From positions 41,540,001 through 41,604,000 of the forward strand of contig NC_043010.1 in NCBI RefSeq assembly GCF_006345805.1: DNA of 64,000 nucleotides, in the 5' to 3' direction. This DNA is from Octopus sinensis. Lineage: Eukaryota. Numbering within the stretch: position 1 is the stretch's first letter; each line of letters starts with the position of its first letter. Shown piece by piece: positions 38,798-51,315 of this stretch. Under the pieces are notes generated by a model. The model did no database searches. It was not told the origin of the DNA and saw nothing but the letters and a program-made list of their open reading frames with translations. The position numbers and the translations under genes are program-made.

Positions 38798-40124
38798 AAA
38801 GTAGTTTCAGCAGTAATATGAAATAGATATTGGTCAGAATTTCTGGCCATGAAATTTCAGTTGCTTGATCAAGTGAATTATCAATTTCATTGAATTCATA
38901 TGCAAGTGACTGAGTATTCCACAGGCATGTGCATCCATAGCCTAATTCTTGAGTGGAACCAGTGTAACACAATATGACAGGGCTGGACCTTTGAATTACA
39001 AATTCAGTCTATTTGTTATGTTACTATATAGTTCCTGACTGCTCAGTTTCACTTACAACAGAAGGATCAATGTAAGCCTATACAAAATGAATCTTGCCCA
39101 AAATGCCACATACTGAGATTAAAAACCTAATGAGTCCTAATGATTGCAAAGTAACTTCTTAACCATTTGGCCATTCTGTGCTGACAGTTCTAGATATACT
39201 AGATATACTTTTAGAAAACATCTGGAATGTATTTGATTAGAAGTCTGCTTGGTTAGAACTGAATTAGGGATAAACAACAGAAATATAGGAGGAGATGGGA
39301 TGATGGAGTTAGAAGAGAAATGGCATGAGAGAAGATAAAGAAACTGAGAGAAGCCAGTGCTAAGGAATGTAGAATAATGAGATTGGCAGATTGGCTGACA
39401 AGTAAAGGAGGAGGAAGATAGACATAGAACCATAAAGGAAGTGAAGAAAATGAAGAGGGCTGCATTAGGGAAATATGTATGTGTGTGTGTGTGTGTGTGT
39501 GTGTTTGTGTGTGCGTGTGTGTATGTATGTGTGTGTGTGTGTTTGTGTGTGTGTAAGTATGTATGTATGTGTGCGTGTGCATGTGTATGTATGTATGTAT
39601 GTGTGTGTGTGTGTGTGTGTGTGTTTGTATGCATGTATGTGTATTTGTATGCATGCATGTATATATATGTCATTGTTTAGTTTTATTTCAAGATTTCTTG
39701 CCAACAGAGGAACAGCTGATTTCTAACCTAGATCCAAGGTCCCTTCATTGGAACTTCAACATCAGCTGGGTATTTTTGTATGTATGTATGTATGTATGTA
39801 TGTATGTATGTATGTACAATGTATCTGAAGATATTATGCAAATCAGTTTTTTTTTTTAATAAAATGAATGTACATGTACAAAGGAAGCTGAAATTTTAGG
39901 ATCTTGGTAAAAATGCTCTTTCTTAATTGTGGCTAAAATTTGTCATACATTTGATCTGTTTTTTTTTTTTGTGAGTAATTGAGAATTTACTGAAATTGGC
40001 TGTCTGAAGTTATTATGCAAATGTTGGAATTGTTATTTGCTCTGCATATCAGGACAATTAAAATATATGAACCCATTATGGATTTTTTACTAATTCAAAG
40101 AACAATGTTTCAATATATACTTGA

Positions 40125-40590
40125 AACAATTTACATGTATCAGGTACTTGGTTGATATTTCCTTTTCCTGGATTGCAAATGCATACCCTTCAAAGTGGGT
40201 GGTAGTAATCTGGCTATTGGTCCATGATAAACTGCTTTGATGATCAATGTTACTATCATCACGGAGCTTTCTACTAACATAGCCATGAATAATCTTCTGC
40301 TCATATAGCCTCATTCTTTCATTTGATGATATGTTGTGGTAGAGTTGCAAAACTTCTTTGGACATGTATTCCAGGTTATTAGACAAAGAATGTTGCTCAA
40401 GGAGCTGCCTTCCAAGTCTTATGATGTTATCAGCCTCATGTATGCAAACTTGGTCAAAGGATGCACTTCAACACTTGGTAGTTAAAAGATGTTGCCGAAG
40501 GAATATGATGCAACATTCAAAGGCATTTTGGATCAATGTTAAGCCTCAGCCACTTTGTTTTCACTTTAGGTAGAGGTGGTGTACCACATT
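40125..40590 (-). mobile_element. R4/Dong-like LINE fragment
   Basis: IHGYVSRKL..SLSW..FEGYAFAIQEKEISTKYL, an R4-clade motif AIQEQxIxTxY. Confidence 0.7.
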
Positions 40591-40688
40591 GTTTATGTGG
40601 AAATTATGTGTGCTTGTTAGTATTTTTCGGGTTTTCACAGGTATGTATATATGTTTGTATGCATATATGTATGTTTGTATATATATAA

Positions 40689-40886
40689 AGTTAATCCAAA
40701 CAAGAAAACCCAAAAAACACAACGCGAGGACATGGAACAAATATAGTATTATTGGACGCTCAGGAAAGAAGGGAAGAAGGAGGATTTAACGTTTCGAGCG
40801 GAGCTCTTCGTCGGAAAAATAGGAGAAGGAAAGATCCCGAGAAGGGAAGACAGAGGGAAAAAATCGCCAACGGTACACACGAGGTC

Positions 40887-40890
<4 letters not shown>
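40689..40890 (-). mobile_element. Short Penelope pseudo-LTR-like element with hammerhead-like motif, longest copy
   Basis: (TA)n on both sides; motif at 40784-40818. Confidence 0.6.
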
Positions 40891-40938
<48 letters not shown>

Positions 40939-41075
40939 TGTGTGTGTGTGTGTGTGTTTCTGTATGTATGTACATATGTATGTGTGTGTTTATATATGCA
41001 TGCATGTAGGAGGAGTTAGCTAACAATGCCACAAACAAACACACACCGATTTTCCACATGAAATAGACATATACA

Positions 41076-41111
<36 letters not shown>

Positions 41112-41489
41112 TATATATACAGATATATATATATATATATATATATATAGATATATATACAGATATATATATATAATATATATATATAAGTTCAGCAAAA
41201 ATTTAGATTCAGTTGAATATGGTAACTTAAGTTAGATGCACCAGAATTTAGTATGCTATTATCCATATAATTCAAAATGGGGGTGATTATAATTAAAATA
41301 ATCAACAAGGATATCCAGAGGTAATGCAGTATGATGGTTAATGGAATAACTGTAAAAATGAATCTTTTAAATGCAAGCATATAGATATACATATGTTTAT
41401 ATATATATATACATATATATATAAATATATGTGTATGTATGTTTGTATATATATTAGTATATATGTATATATATATATGTGTGTGCCCC

Positions 41490-41740
41490 CGTGCCGGTGG
41501 CACGTAAAAGCACCATCCGTTCGTGGCCGTTTGCCAGCTCCGTCTGGCACCTGTGCGGGTGGCACGTAAAAAGCACACACTACACTCACGGAGTGGTTGG
41601 CATTAGGAAGGGCATCCAGCCATAGAAACACTGCCAGATCAGACTGGGCCTAATGCAGCCTTCTGGCTTCACAGACCCCAGTTGAACCATCCAACGCATG
41701 CTAGCATGGAAAGCGGACGCTAAATGATGATGATGATGAT
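41490..41740 (+). mobile_element. RTE 3' end fragment
   Basis: Shared 3'UTR and (GAT)n tail. Confidence 0.8.
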
Positions 41741-41747
41741 GTGTATG

Positions 41748-41816
<69 letters not shown>

Positions 41817-41845
41817 GAAATATTGCCACAGTGTTTAGGCATAAA

Positions 41846-42011
41846 CAAAGTTTAGGTTAGTTAAAAAATATTTGTGTCATATTTCAACTGCTAAACGACA
41901 AATTCACTAGTTACCATTGAGATAAAATGTTTTGTCTACAGTAAATGCAGTGAATTTGCCTTTTAGCAGTTGAAATATGTCATAAACATATTTTGACTAA
42001 CCTAAACTTTG
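41846..42011. repeat. Imperfect inverted repeat (MITE-like)
   Basis: caaagtttaggttagt..catatttcaactgctaaa versus tttagcagttgaaatatg..actaacctaaactttg. Confidence 0.75.
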
Positions 42012-42044
42012 CACATAATATATATATATAAATATATATATATA

Positions 42045-42427
42045 GGCGCAGAGGTGGCTGTGTGGTAAGTAGCTTGCTAACCAACCACACGGTTGCGGGT
42101 TCAGTCCCACTGCGTGGCATCTTGGGCAAGTGTCTTCTGCTATAGCCCCGGGCCGACCAATGCCTTGTGAGTGGATTTGGTAGACGGAAACTGAAAGAAG
42201 CCTGTCGTATATATGTATATATATATATATATGTATGTGCGTGTATGTATGTGTGTCTGTGTTTGTCCCCCTAGCATTGCTTGACAACCGATGCTGGTGT
42301 GTTTAGGTCCCTGTCACTTAGCGGTTCGGCAAAAAGAGACCGATAGAATAAGTACTAAAAGGCGGTGCTCCAGCATGGCCGCAGTCAAATGACTGAAACA
42401 AGTAAAAGAGTAAAAAGAGTAAAGAGT
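42045..42427 (+). mobile_element. SINE family B; an opposite-strand copy follows at 42575-42970
   Basis: Family match. Confidence 0.85.
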
Positions 42428-42766
42428 ATATATATACACACACACACATACATATGTATGTATGCATGTATGTACATCAAATAACTCATTTTTTTAATGG
42501 TCGAACTTGATGTAGATAAAAGTGTTGATAACAGCATGTAGAATATTATTTTTTATTTTATTAGTTTTATTATTTTATTTGTTTCAGTCATTTTACTGCA
42601 GCCATGCTGGATCACTACCTTTAGTGAAATAAATTGACCCCAGGACTTATTCTTAGTAAGCCTAGTACTTATTCTATCAGTCTCTTTTATCGAACCACTA
42701 AATTTAGGGGGACTTCTGTTGTCAAGTGATGGTGGGGGGGGGGACAAATACACACAAATATATGCA

Positions 42767-42797
<31 letters not shown>

Positions 42798-44067
42798 GTG
42801 TAGAAAAATACAAATATACGATTGGCTTCTTTCAGTATCTGTCTACCCAATCCACTCACAAGGCTTTGTAAGAAGGCTTAGCAAGAAGACACTTGCCCAA
42901 GGTGCCACACAGTGGGACTGAACCCAGAACCATGTGGTTGGGAAGCAAGCTTTTTACTACATAGCCACTCCAATATGTAGAATATTGGGTTTAAAATTTC
43001 TTGGATAGAAAAAAATAAAAAAATGTTTGTGGGACTGAAACCTATATCTTCTGTAAACACATGTGCTTCAATTAAATCAAACCAACACTTTAAATTTTCA
43101 CCATTCCTTTTAGCAGCTGTATTCTTTCTAATGAGGATTGTATGTTGTTGTAACACCATAAGAATTCTAAATATAAAATAAATCATTTTCAATGGTGAAA
43201 CTCAAACTAGATAAAACTATAGTTACTAGCATATAGAATATTAGATTTAAAAACCTCTTGAATGGAAAATTGTCAAAGGCTGAGCATGGGACTCAGACCT
43301 ACATCTATGAACATATGTGATACTATTATACCCAAGAAATCCTTCGAATATTCCCCATTCATTTTGAAGCTTTATTCTAATATTCTTATGATGTAAGCAA
43401 CATCCAGTTCTCACTGGTAAGAATAAAGCTTCTATTATTCGAAGCGTTACTTTGGTATAATTATAGCATATTTGTTGTGTTCAGAAGTTAAAGTATGAAA
43501 GAACGAGCAGGTTTCTTGTTGCAGAGAAGGTATGTGACTACTTCATACTATACAAAAGTGTGTAGGAGTAATTGGGTGGTGCTTGGATAGAGAGATAAAG
43601 ATGGTAGTGACAAGGTTAGGGCTAGCTAACAGTGCCCAAGAAAGTGACTAAAAGAGACAGTGTGGGTGAAAGAAGATGGTGGGTGGGTATACTTTGCAAA
43701 AGTGTATGGGAAGAGTTGAAGATGGTTAAAGATGAAATAGGGGAGGTGTGATGAAGACACTGAATGGGTGAATGTTAAATAAGGGTGAAGGGGTGGTGAA
43801 TGATTAATAAGAGTTGGTGAGAAGGTAGAAGAGACAGTTCTGAAAGAGTTAAGAGCAGCAAAATAAAAATATTACAGTAGACTAGAGACAGAATTAGAGA
43901 AAGTGAGATGTGGAACTGGTTGTTGGAATGTGTGTGCGAGAAGTGAAATGTAGTTTGGCAGTGAGCAAGAGACATATGGTGATAAGAATGAATCAACAGG
44001 AAGTGGTTCAGCTGTGACACATCTAAGTACACGCATACATAGATGCATCATCATCATCATTACTGTA

Positions 44068-44274
44068 GTGGAGACACTTGTGGTTAGAGCAGTGGACTCG
44101 CGGTCGAGGGATCGCGGGTTCGAATCTCAGACCAGGTGATGTGTATGTTTATGAGCGAAACACCTAAGCTCCACACGGCTCCGGCAGAAGGTAATGGCAA
44201 ACTTCTGCTGATACTTTCACCACAACTTTCTTTCACTCTTTCCTCCTGCACCTTGCAGCTCACCTGCGACGGAC
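44068..44274 (+). mobile_element. SINE family D, 3'-truncated and fused to an rRNA fragment
   Basis: Colinear with the reverse complement of 29903-30203 up to ctcacctgcgacggac. Confidence 0.82.
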
Positions 44275-44346
44275 AGGGCAAAAGATCGCTCGATCTCAAT
44301 TTTCAGTACGAATACGGACCGTGAAAGCGTGGCCCATCGATCCTTT
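44275..44346 (+). pseudogene. 28S rRNA fragment (about 72 nt)
   Basis: AGGGCAAAAGATCGCTCGATCTCAATTTTCAGTACGAATACGGACCGTGAAAGCGTGGCCCATCGATCCTTT matches the conserved LSU segment AGGGCAAAAGCTCGCTTGATCTTGATTTTCAGTACGAATACAGACCGTGAAAGCG. Confidence 0.85.
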
Positions 44347-45179
44347 CCGAATAACTCCCTATCCTGCTTCCTCTGAAGACTGTGATTATCAGAATGACTT
44401 CCAAAATATCAAATGAAGCGTTATTGACAGGTGCCATCTTCCCTGGAACTCATTATTTCCAGCTGTCTCCACAAGAGACTACATATACTTTACCAGCCTG
44501 CAATATATATCAACAAGAAGAATGGATTATCTTATTATTACCACCAGAGATATGCCCTGTTAATGAACTTGAAGCCACTGATAGTTGACAATTGAGATAT
44601 ACCACTTTATGCAAGGCAGCCCCTCTCATAAGCATAGGCTATTTCATCCTTCCACCCATATATATTTCTTTACTGCCCACAAAGGGCTAAATATAGAGGG
44701 GACAAACAAGGACAAACAAAGGGATTAAGTCAATTACATCGACCCCAGTACGGATGATAGGCAAAGTCGACTTTGGCGGAATTTGAACTCAGAACGTAAC
44801 GACAGACGAAATACCACTAATCATTTCATCCGGCGCATTAACGTTTCTGCCAGCTTGCCGCCATATAGACAACAGCCACATTTATGTTAATCTAATGCTG
44901 TTGATGTGTTGGTGCTCGACAGGGCAACTACTGGGCTACAGGCCCATGGCATCAGCCAACCCAGACATGTGTGGTACCAGGTGCACAGGACTGATGTCAC
45001 TGAGTGCACTGTGCAGCAGCTTTCCACCATTTCATCCGAGCACATAGGCCTCAAAATAAAGAAAAGAACTTAATGCTATCTCTGTAGTTTTAACACCACA
45101 TTATCTGAACTAACAAATATAGGTCTAGCATCTGGAAGCCATTCTGAGTTTGTCTCAAATCATATTAATAGTTATTATA

Positions 45180-45580
45180 GGCGTAGGAGTGGCTGTGTGG
45201 TAAGTAGCTTGCTTACAAACCACATGGTTCAGTCCCACTACGGGGCACCTTGGGCAAGTGTCTTCTACTATAGCCTCGGGCCAACCAAAGCCTTGTGAAT
45301 GGATTTGGTAGACGGAAGCTGAAAGAAGCCCACCATATATATGTATGTGTGTGTGTGTGTGTGTTTGTGTGTCTGTGTTTGTCCCCCCAAAATCGCTTGA
45401 CAATCGATGCTGGTGTGTTTATGTCCCCGTAACTTTGCGGTTCAGCAAAAGAGACTGATAGAATAAGTACTAGGCTTCCAAAGAGTAAGTCCTGGGGTCA
45501 ATTTGCTCGACTAAAGGCGGTGCTCCAGCATGGCCACAGTCAAATGACTGAAACAAGTAAAAGAATAAAAGAAAAAGAAT
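45180..45580 (+). mobile_element. SINE family B, full length
   Basis: Family match. Confidence 0.85.
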
Positions 45581-45937
45581 AGTTGAGTGAGAGAACTGTA
45601 ATGTGGGGAAATAATAAACAGTTCACCTACCTTCTTGTAGTTTTGCCATTTAGTTGTACTCAATCCAAAATTTGTGCCCAGCCTGTGCACCTAACGATAG
45701 CAGCCACTAGTACTCGTCCCTGTCAGCCTGCTTGCTTCACATCCATTTGCTGTGAGCAACCAAGGCCAAAAAGGATGACCCCTGGTTTTCCTTCCATCAC
45801 TTTCCCTCTCACCCTTCCTGTTCCAGTCAAACCCTTTAACTGTTAATGTCACAGCCCTTTTCTTCCGGTTCATCCCTACATTAATCTCAAGGTATCTTGT
45901 AAGATGGGCTTGTATCACAAGCTCATAGAACATATTA

Positions 45938-45970
<33 letters not shown>

Positions 45971-46172
45971 ATAATATGAGGGAGTAAAACTCCAAACTAA
46001 CAGGGAAAAATTCAATATATATTAATTATATATATTATTTGTTATTTATGTATTGGTTTATGTCTATCACTGTTTGAGTTACATAATAGTGGTTTTATCT
46101 CTCATTCATATTATATATATATATATATATAAAAAGCACCCAGTGACGGAAGTTGTTATATATATATATATA

Positions 46173-47328
46173 TAACAACTTCCGTCACTTTCCAGGAGGA
46201 AAAACTAGAAGTAGTTGATAGCTTCCGTTATCTAGGTGACCAAGTCAGTAGTGGGGGTGGGTGCGTTGAAAGTGTAACTGCTAGAATAAGAATAGCCTGG
46301 GCAAAGTTTAGGGAGCTCTTACCTCTGCTGGTGACTAAAGGCCTCTCGCTCAGAGTAAAAGGCAGACTGTATGATGCATGTGTACGAACAGCCGTGCTAC
46401 ATGGCAGTGAAACATGGGCCGTGACTGCTGAGGACATGCGTAAGCTCGCGAGGAATGAAGCCAGTATGCTCCGATGGATGTGTAATGTCAGTGTACATAC
46501 TCGACAGAGCGTTAGTACCTTGAGAGAAATGTTGTACCTGAGAAGCATCAGTTGTGGTGTGCAAGAAAGACGATTGCGCTGGTATGGTCATGTGGCGAGA
46601 ATAGATGAAGATAGGTGTGTGAGAAAGTGCCAATCCCTAGCAGTTGAGGGAACCCGTGGAAGAGGTAGACCCAAGAAAACCTGCGACGAGGTGGTGAAGC
46701 ACGACCTTCGAACTTTAGGCCTCACTGAGGAAATGACCAGCGACCGAGACCTTTGGAAATATGCTGTACGTGAGAAGACCAGGCAGGACAAGTGAGCCCA
46801 GCCCACTTATGCATGCCTTTCCTCCCTTGGACACAAAGACCTGTTGAGGCAAGCGAAGTCGATATCGAACCTCATCCGATGACAGGCACCCATGCCAACC
46901 CCCTTGCTTGCGAAGACATGTTGGGGCAAGTGAAATCGAATCGAAATCGAAATTGAACCAATCCTATGACTGGCACCCGGCAGATGCCAGGACCCCAGGA
47001 CTGGTGGTACATAAAAAGCACTATCTGAATCGTGGCCGATGCCAGCGCCGCCTCGACTGGCTTCCGTGCCGGTGGCACGTAAATTACACCAATCCGACTT
47101 TGACCGTTGCCAGCCTCGCCTGGCACCTGTGCGGATGGCATGTAAAAAGCACCCACTACACTCACGGAGTGGTTGGCGTTAGGAAGGGCATCCAGCTGTA
47201 GAAACATTGCCAGATAAGACTGGAGCCTGGTGCAGCCTTCTGGCTTCCCAGATCTCCGGTCGAACCGTCCAACCCATGCTAGCATGGAGAACGGACGTTA
47301 AACGATGATGATGATGATGATGATGATA
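46173..47328 (+). mobile_element. RTE-clade LINE, 5'-truncated (RT C-terminus and 3'UTR)
   Basis: FRYLG..RIRIAWAKFREL..LHGSETW..RRLRWYGHVAR..RGRGRPKKT; (GAT)n tail. Confidence 0.92.
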
Positions 47329-47363
47329 ACACTTCTCTGAGAAGATTACAAAAATTCTGTTGA

Positions 47364-47566
47364 TATGCATTTTCACCCATTTTGTTTATATAACACAATC
47401 AGCTCAGCAACATCTAACCACTTATGTCTGTGTGCATGTGTGTGTGTGTGCGTGCGCGTGTGCATGTGCGTGTGGGTGTGGGCTTGTGTGTGGGCAGGTG
47501 GGGAAAAGTGGTTAGAAGTTTCTGAAAAGGTAATGTTATATAAACAAAAAGGAGTGAAGATGCATA
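47364..47566. repeat. Inverted repeat enclosing a (TG)n tract
   Basis: tatgcattttcacccattttgtttatataac versus gttatataaacaaaaaggagtgaagatgcata. Confidence 0.75.
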
Positions 47567-47590
47567 ATATTAAGAGATCTATTGTAACAA

Positions 47591-47788
47591 GTGACAATTA
47601 TTTGGTAGCCACAATAAAACTCCGAGTTACGGATGTTGGGGGCAGAAACCCACGCTGCTATCTCTTCAGTTATCCGGCCATCGAAAAAGGGCTTTTTGAT
47701 GGCCGGATAACTGAAGAGATGGCAGCATGGGATTCTGCCCTGACATTCGTAACTCGGAGTCTTATCATGGCTACCAAATAATTGTCAC
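47591..47788. repeat. About 200-bp palindrome (MITE-like)
   Basis: gtgacaattatttggtagcc..tctcttcagttatccggccatc versus gatggccggataactgaagaga..ggctaccaaataattgtcac. Confidence 0.85.
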
Positions 47789-47801
47789 ATATTATATTTA
47801 C

Positions 47802-47834
<33 letters not shown>

Positions 47835-49214
47835 AATATACCACAGGCTTCTTACAGTTTCTGTTTACCAAATCCACTCACAAGACTTGGGTTGGCTTGA
47901 GGCTATAGTAGACACTTGCCAAAGGTACCGCACAGTGGGATTGAACACAGAACCGCATGGTTGAGAAGTAAAATTATTAATCTGTTATTAAACATCTGTT
48001 TTTTTATAAACATAAATCTATCCTCAAATATCTTATGCACTCTATACATACGTGTATTCATATATGATATGTATGTGTGTGTGTATAAATTTATCTATAA
48101 ATATGTTTGTATACATGTCTGTCTCTGTAGAGTGATATGTGTCTAATTATATACCCCAAGTCACGGAGGTCATCAACCTGTAAAGATAGAAAAACAAATT
48201 CTAAGAATGGCCCTCCACCACTTTTAGCCTCCTCTTTCTTCACCCTCGGCCACTGCATGAAATGTTTCCTTTCTCATACTTGAAAACTTAGGCTTACTTT
48301 TGCTGTTTCCTTCTTTTATATAATTAATTAGATCTGGTATGACTAACAAACAGGAAGGCTACTCACAGGTCTGCAGTTCTTTGAAACTAGCCAATGCTAA
48401 CCACACTCAAATCTCCCCTTTGGTATCTCAATTTGTTTCTCAGTTTGACACAGTCTTTATTTTTCCCCACCCCCATTACACTTTCTATCTTTAAGTCTCT
48501 GTAAACTTCTGTAAACTTCTCTTTCTAACTCACTTCTATCTTTTTCTGTCTATCATCCTTTTTTTATACACTTTATTTCTTCCTCTGCTTTGCTGTTTTT
48601 TTTCTTCTTTTGTCTTTTTCTCTTTCATGACAGACTCTGATCCCAAATTCTCTACTTTACTGTGTCTATCTATCTACCCATCTGTCTGTCTGTCTATCTA
48701 CATCTACACACACACACACACACATCATTCCTATCTAAACTTTCACCGTGTGCAAACCTAACAGGCCAGATACCTATTTCTTTACCACCCATAAGGGGCT
48801 AAACACAGAGGGGACAAACAAGGACAGACGAACGGATTAAGTCAATTACATCGACCCCAGTGCGTAACTGGTACTTAATTTATCGACCCTGAAAGGATGA
48901 AAGGCTAAGTCGAACTCGGCAGAATTTGAACTCAGAACGTAACGGCAGACGAAATACGGCTATGCATTTCACCTGGTGTGCTAACGTTTCTGCCAGCTTG
49001 CCACCTTTATCTAACAAGCCAGATACCATTATTTGAGAAGACAAGAAAATGTATGTACCGTGGATGATGCAAGCTGCCTTGCTGCTGTGAATATCTCTTT
49101 CTTCTACTGAGGTCAAACAAACGACCATTATCTCCACACTCAGGCTGGTGACTGATCCTGAATTTTTATCTACACCAATTTATATTTGTAGTTAGGGTGT
49201 TCTGCGTCTAAAAC

Positions 49215-50214
49215 AGTTTTTCAAGTGGTGTCATATGAAATTGTCACCCATAATTACGTCCCTAGTATCGATCTATTGCATTTCAATGTTTTAGGGTTAG
49301 GATTAGTTAGGGTTAGGGTCAGGGTTAGGGGTGGGGGGAAGGGTATCTTTTTTCTTCACAAATGTAAATAAACCCAATCTGTTTCTTAAACGAGGGACAT
49401 ATTCATACGACACAGAATGTTTTTTACCTCAACAGACGTCAGTGATTGGTTGAAATTACAGAAATTGAAGAAAAAACAACAACAAATATCTTACAAACTA
49501 TAGAATTTTCTCAATAAAGCCAAGAAAAAAGATGTTTTATAAACACATTCTACCAGTATACGAAGTTTAAAAGTGTTTAGTTACGTGGAAATTATTTTAA
49601 AAAACTGCCCGTCAAACCGAAAAGATCCTGACTATTTGTGTATAAAGTATACAAGTGACCCTGAAAAAACTTTCTGTGATTAAAGTGGCCCGCAATATAA
49701 TTCGAGTTGGCCAGGCGTGCTCTAAACAAAATTCTACTGAACACGATCTCTTCTTGAAGAGAGGAGTTATCTCCCTTCGACCAGTTCGAGTTGCATCTGG
49801 ACCAGGTCAACACACACGCTTTTTGTTTACTGAGATCTGTCCCCAAATTTTTGCCACAATGTGAACTCTGCATGTGGCAACAAACAACAAATTATGTTTA
49901 CTATTCATGTAGGCCATAGAAGGTTTTGCACCCAGAATGCAAACGGCGGATCTTTTCGGTTTGAACGGCAGTTTTTAAAAATAATTTCCATGTAACTAAA
50001 AGCACTTTTAAACTTCGTATACTGGTAGAATGTGTTTATAAAAACATCTTTTTCTCTTGGCTTTATTGAGAAAATTCTATAGTGTGTAAGATATTTGTTG
50101 TTGTTGTTTTTTTCTTCAATTTCTGCAATTTCAACCAATCAATGACGTCTATTGAGGTGAAAACATTCTGTGCCGTATGAATATGCCACTTGTTTAAGAA
50201 ACAGATTGGGTTTA
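49215..50214. mobile_element. Two back-to-back inverted arms of a GGATCTTTTC-terminated foldback family; the left arm carries TTAGGG-like repeats
   Basis: 49369-49628 is the reverse complement of 49948-50214; telomere-like units at 49291-49330. Confidence 0.75.
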
Positions 50215-50671
50215 GACTAACCTGAAGCTGGACATCAGTCATCTACGACCTATCATCATCATCATCGTTTAACGTCCGTTTTCCATGCTGGTGGCACGTA
50301 AAAGCACCTGCTACACTCTCGGAGTGGTTGACGTTCAGAAGGGTATCCAGCTGTAGAAACTGCCAGATCAGATTGGTGTCTGGTCTGCCAGACCTCAGTC
50401 AAATCGTCCAACCCATGCTAGCATGGAAAGCAGACGTTAAATGATGAGTTGCAGTTATTGTAGCATTTGAAGACTGTCTTGGTTATAGTGTTACAACAGG
50501 CACCTACTGTTACTGCTAGATTACATTTTTTACTATTATCCAAAATATCTATTGTAACTAATGGGACAACTTGTCAAACGGTTACAATAGTATAACAAGT
50601 TATTTACTGTCATTTTGATGCTAGAACTGAATCTATGCTTACATTAGGATGTAATAGAATGAGACCATAAC

Positions 50672-51315
50672 CTATGGCCTATGCCTATGCCAGGACCGTA
50701 ACCAGCCCGCTTGTGCGTACCTTTTCCTTCTTTGGTCACTAAACTCTACTTGCGAAGACCTGTTAAGGCAAGTGAAATCAAAATCAAAATCAAAATCAGT
50801 TCGATGACTGGCATCTGTGCTAGCGGGGTGCAAAGAGCACCATACGAGTGTGTTCATTGACAGAGTGGCTATTTGAGTATGACTGTTACTAGTGTCGCCT
50901 TCCTGGTATCTATGCCTGTGCTAGTAGGGTGCCAAGAGCACCATCCGAGTGTGATCATTGCCAGAGCAGCCAATTGGCTTCCGTACCCGTGGCAGGTAAA
51001 AGGGCACCATTCGAGCATGATCGTTACCAACGTCGCTTCATTGGCACCTGTGCCAGTGGCATGTGTAAAAAGATTCGAGCGAGGTCATTACCAGTACCAC
51101 CTGACTGGCCTCCGTGCCAGTGGCACGTAAAAGGCACCCACTACACTCTTGGAGTGGCTGGTGTTAGGAAGGGCATCCAGCTATAGAAACTCTGCCAGAT
51201 CAAGATTGGAGCCTGGTGCAGCCATCTGGTTCGCCAGCCCTCAGTCAAAATCGTCCAACCCATGCTAGCATGGAAAGCGGACATTAAACGATGATGATGA
51301 TGATGATGATGATGA
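50672..51315 (+). mobile_element. RTE 3'UTR fragment
   Basis: (AAATC)n motif, about 60-bp subrepeats and (GAT)n tail as in the other RTE copies. Confidence 0.8.

Noticed and set aside
44960-45050. DMCGTRCTGL Cys-containing stretch as the missing exon
   Set aside because: No convincing splice sites or Cys spacing; early stop
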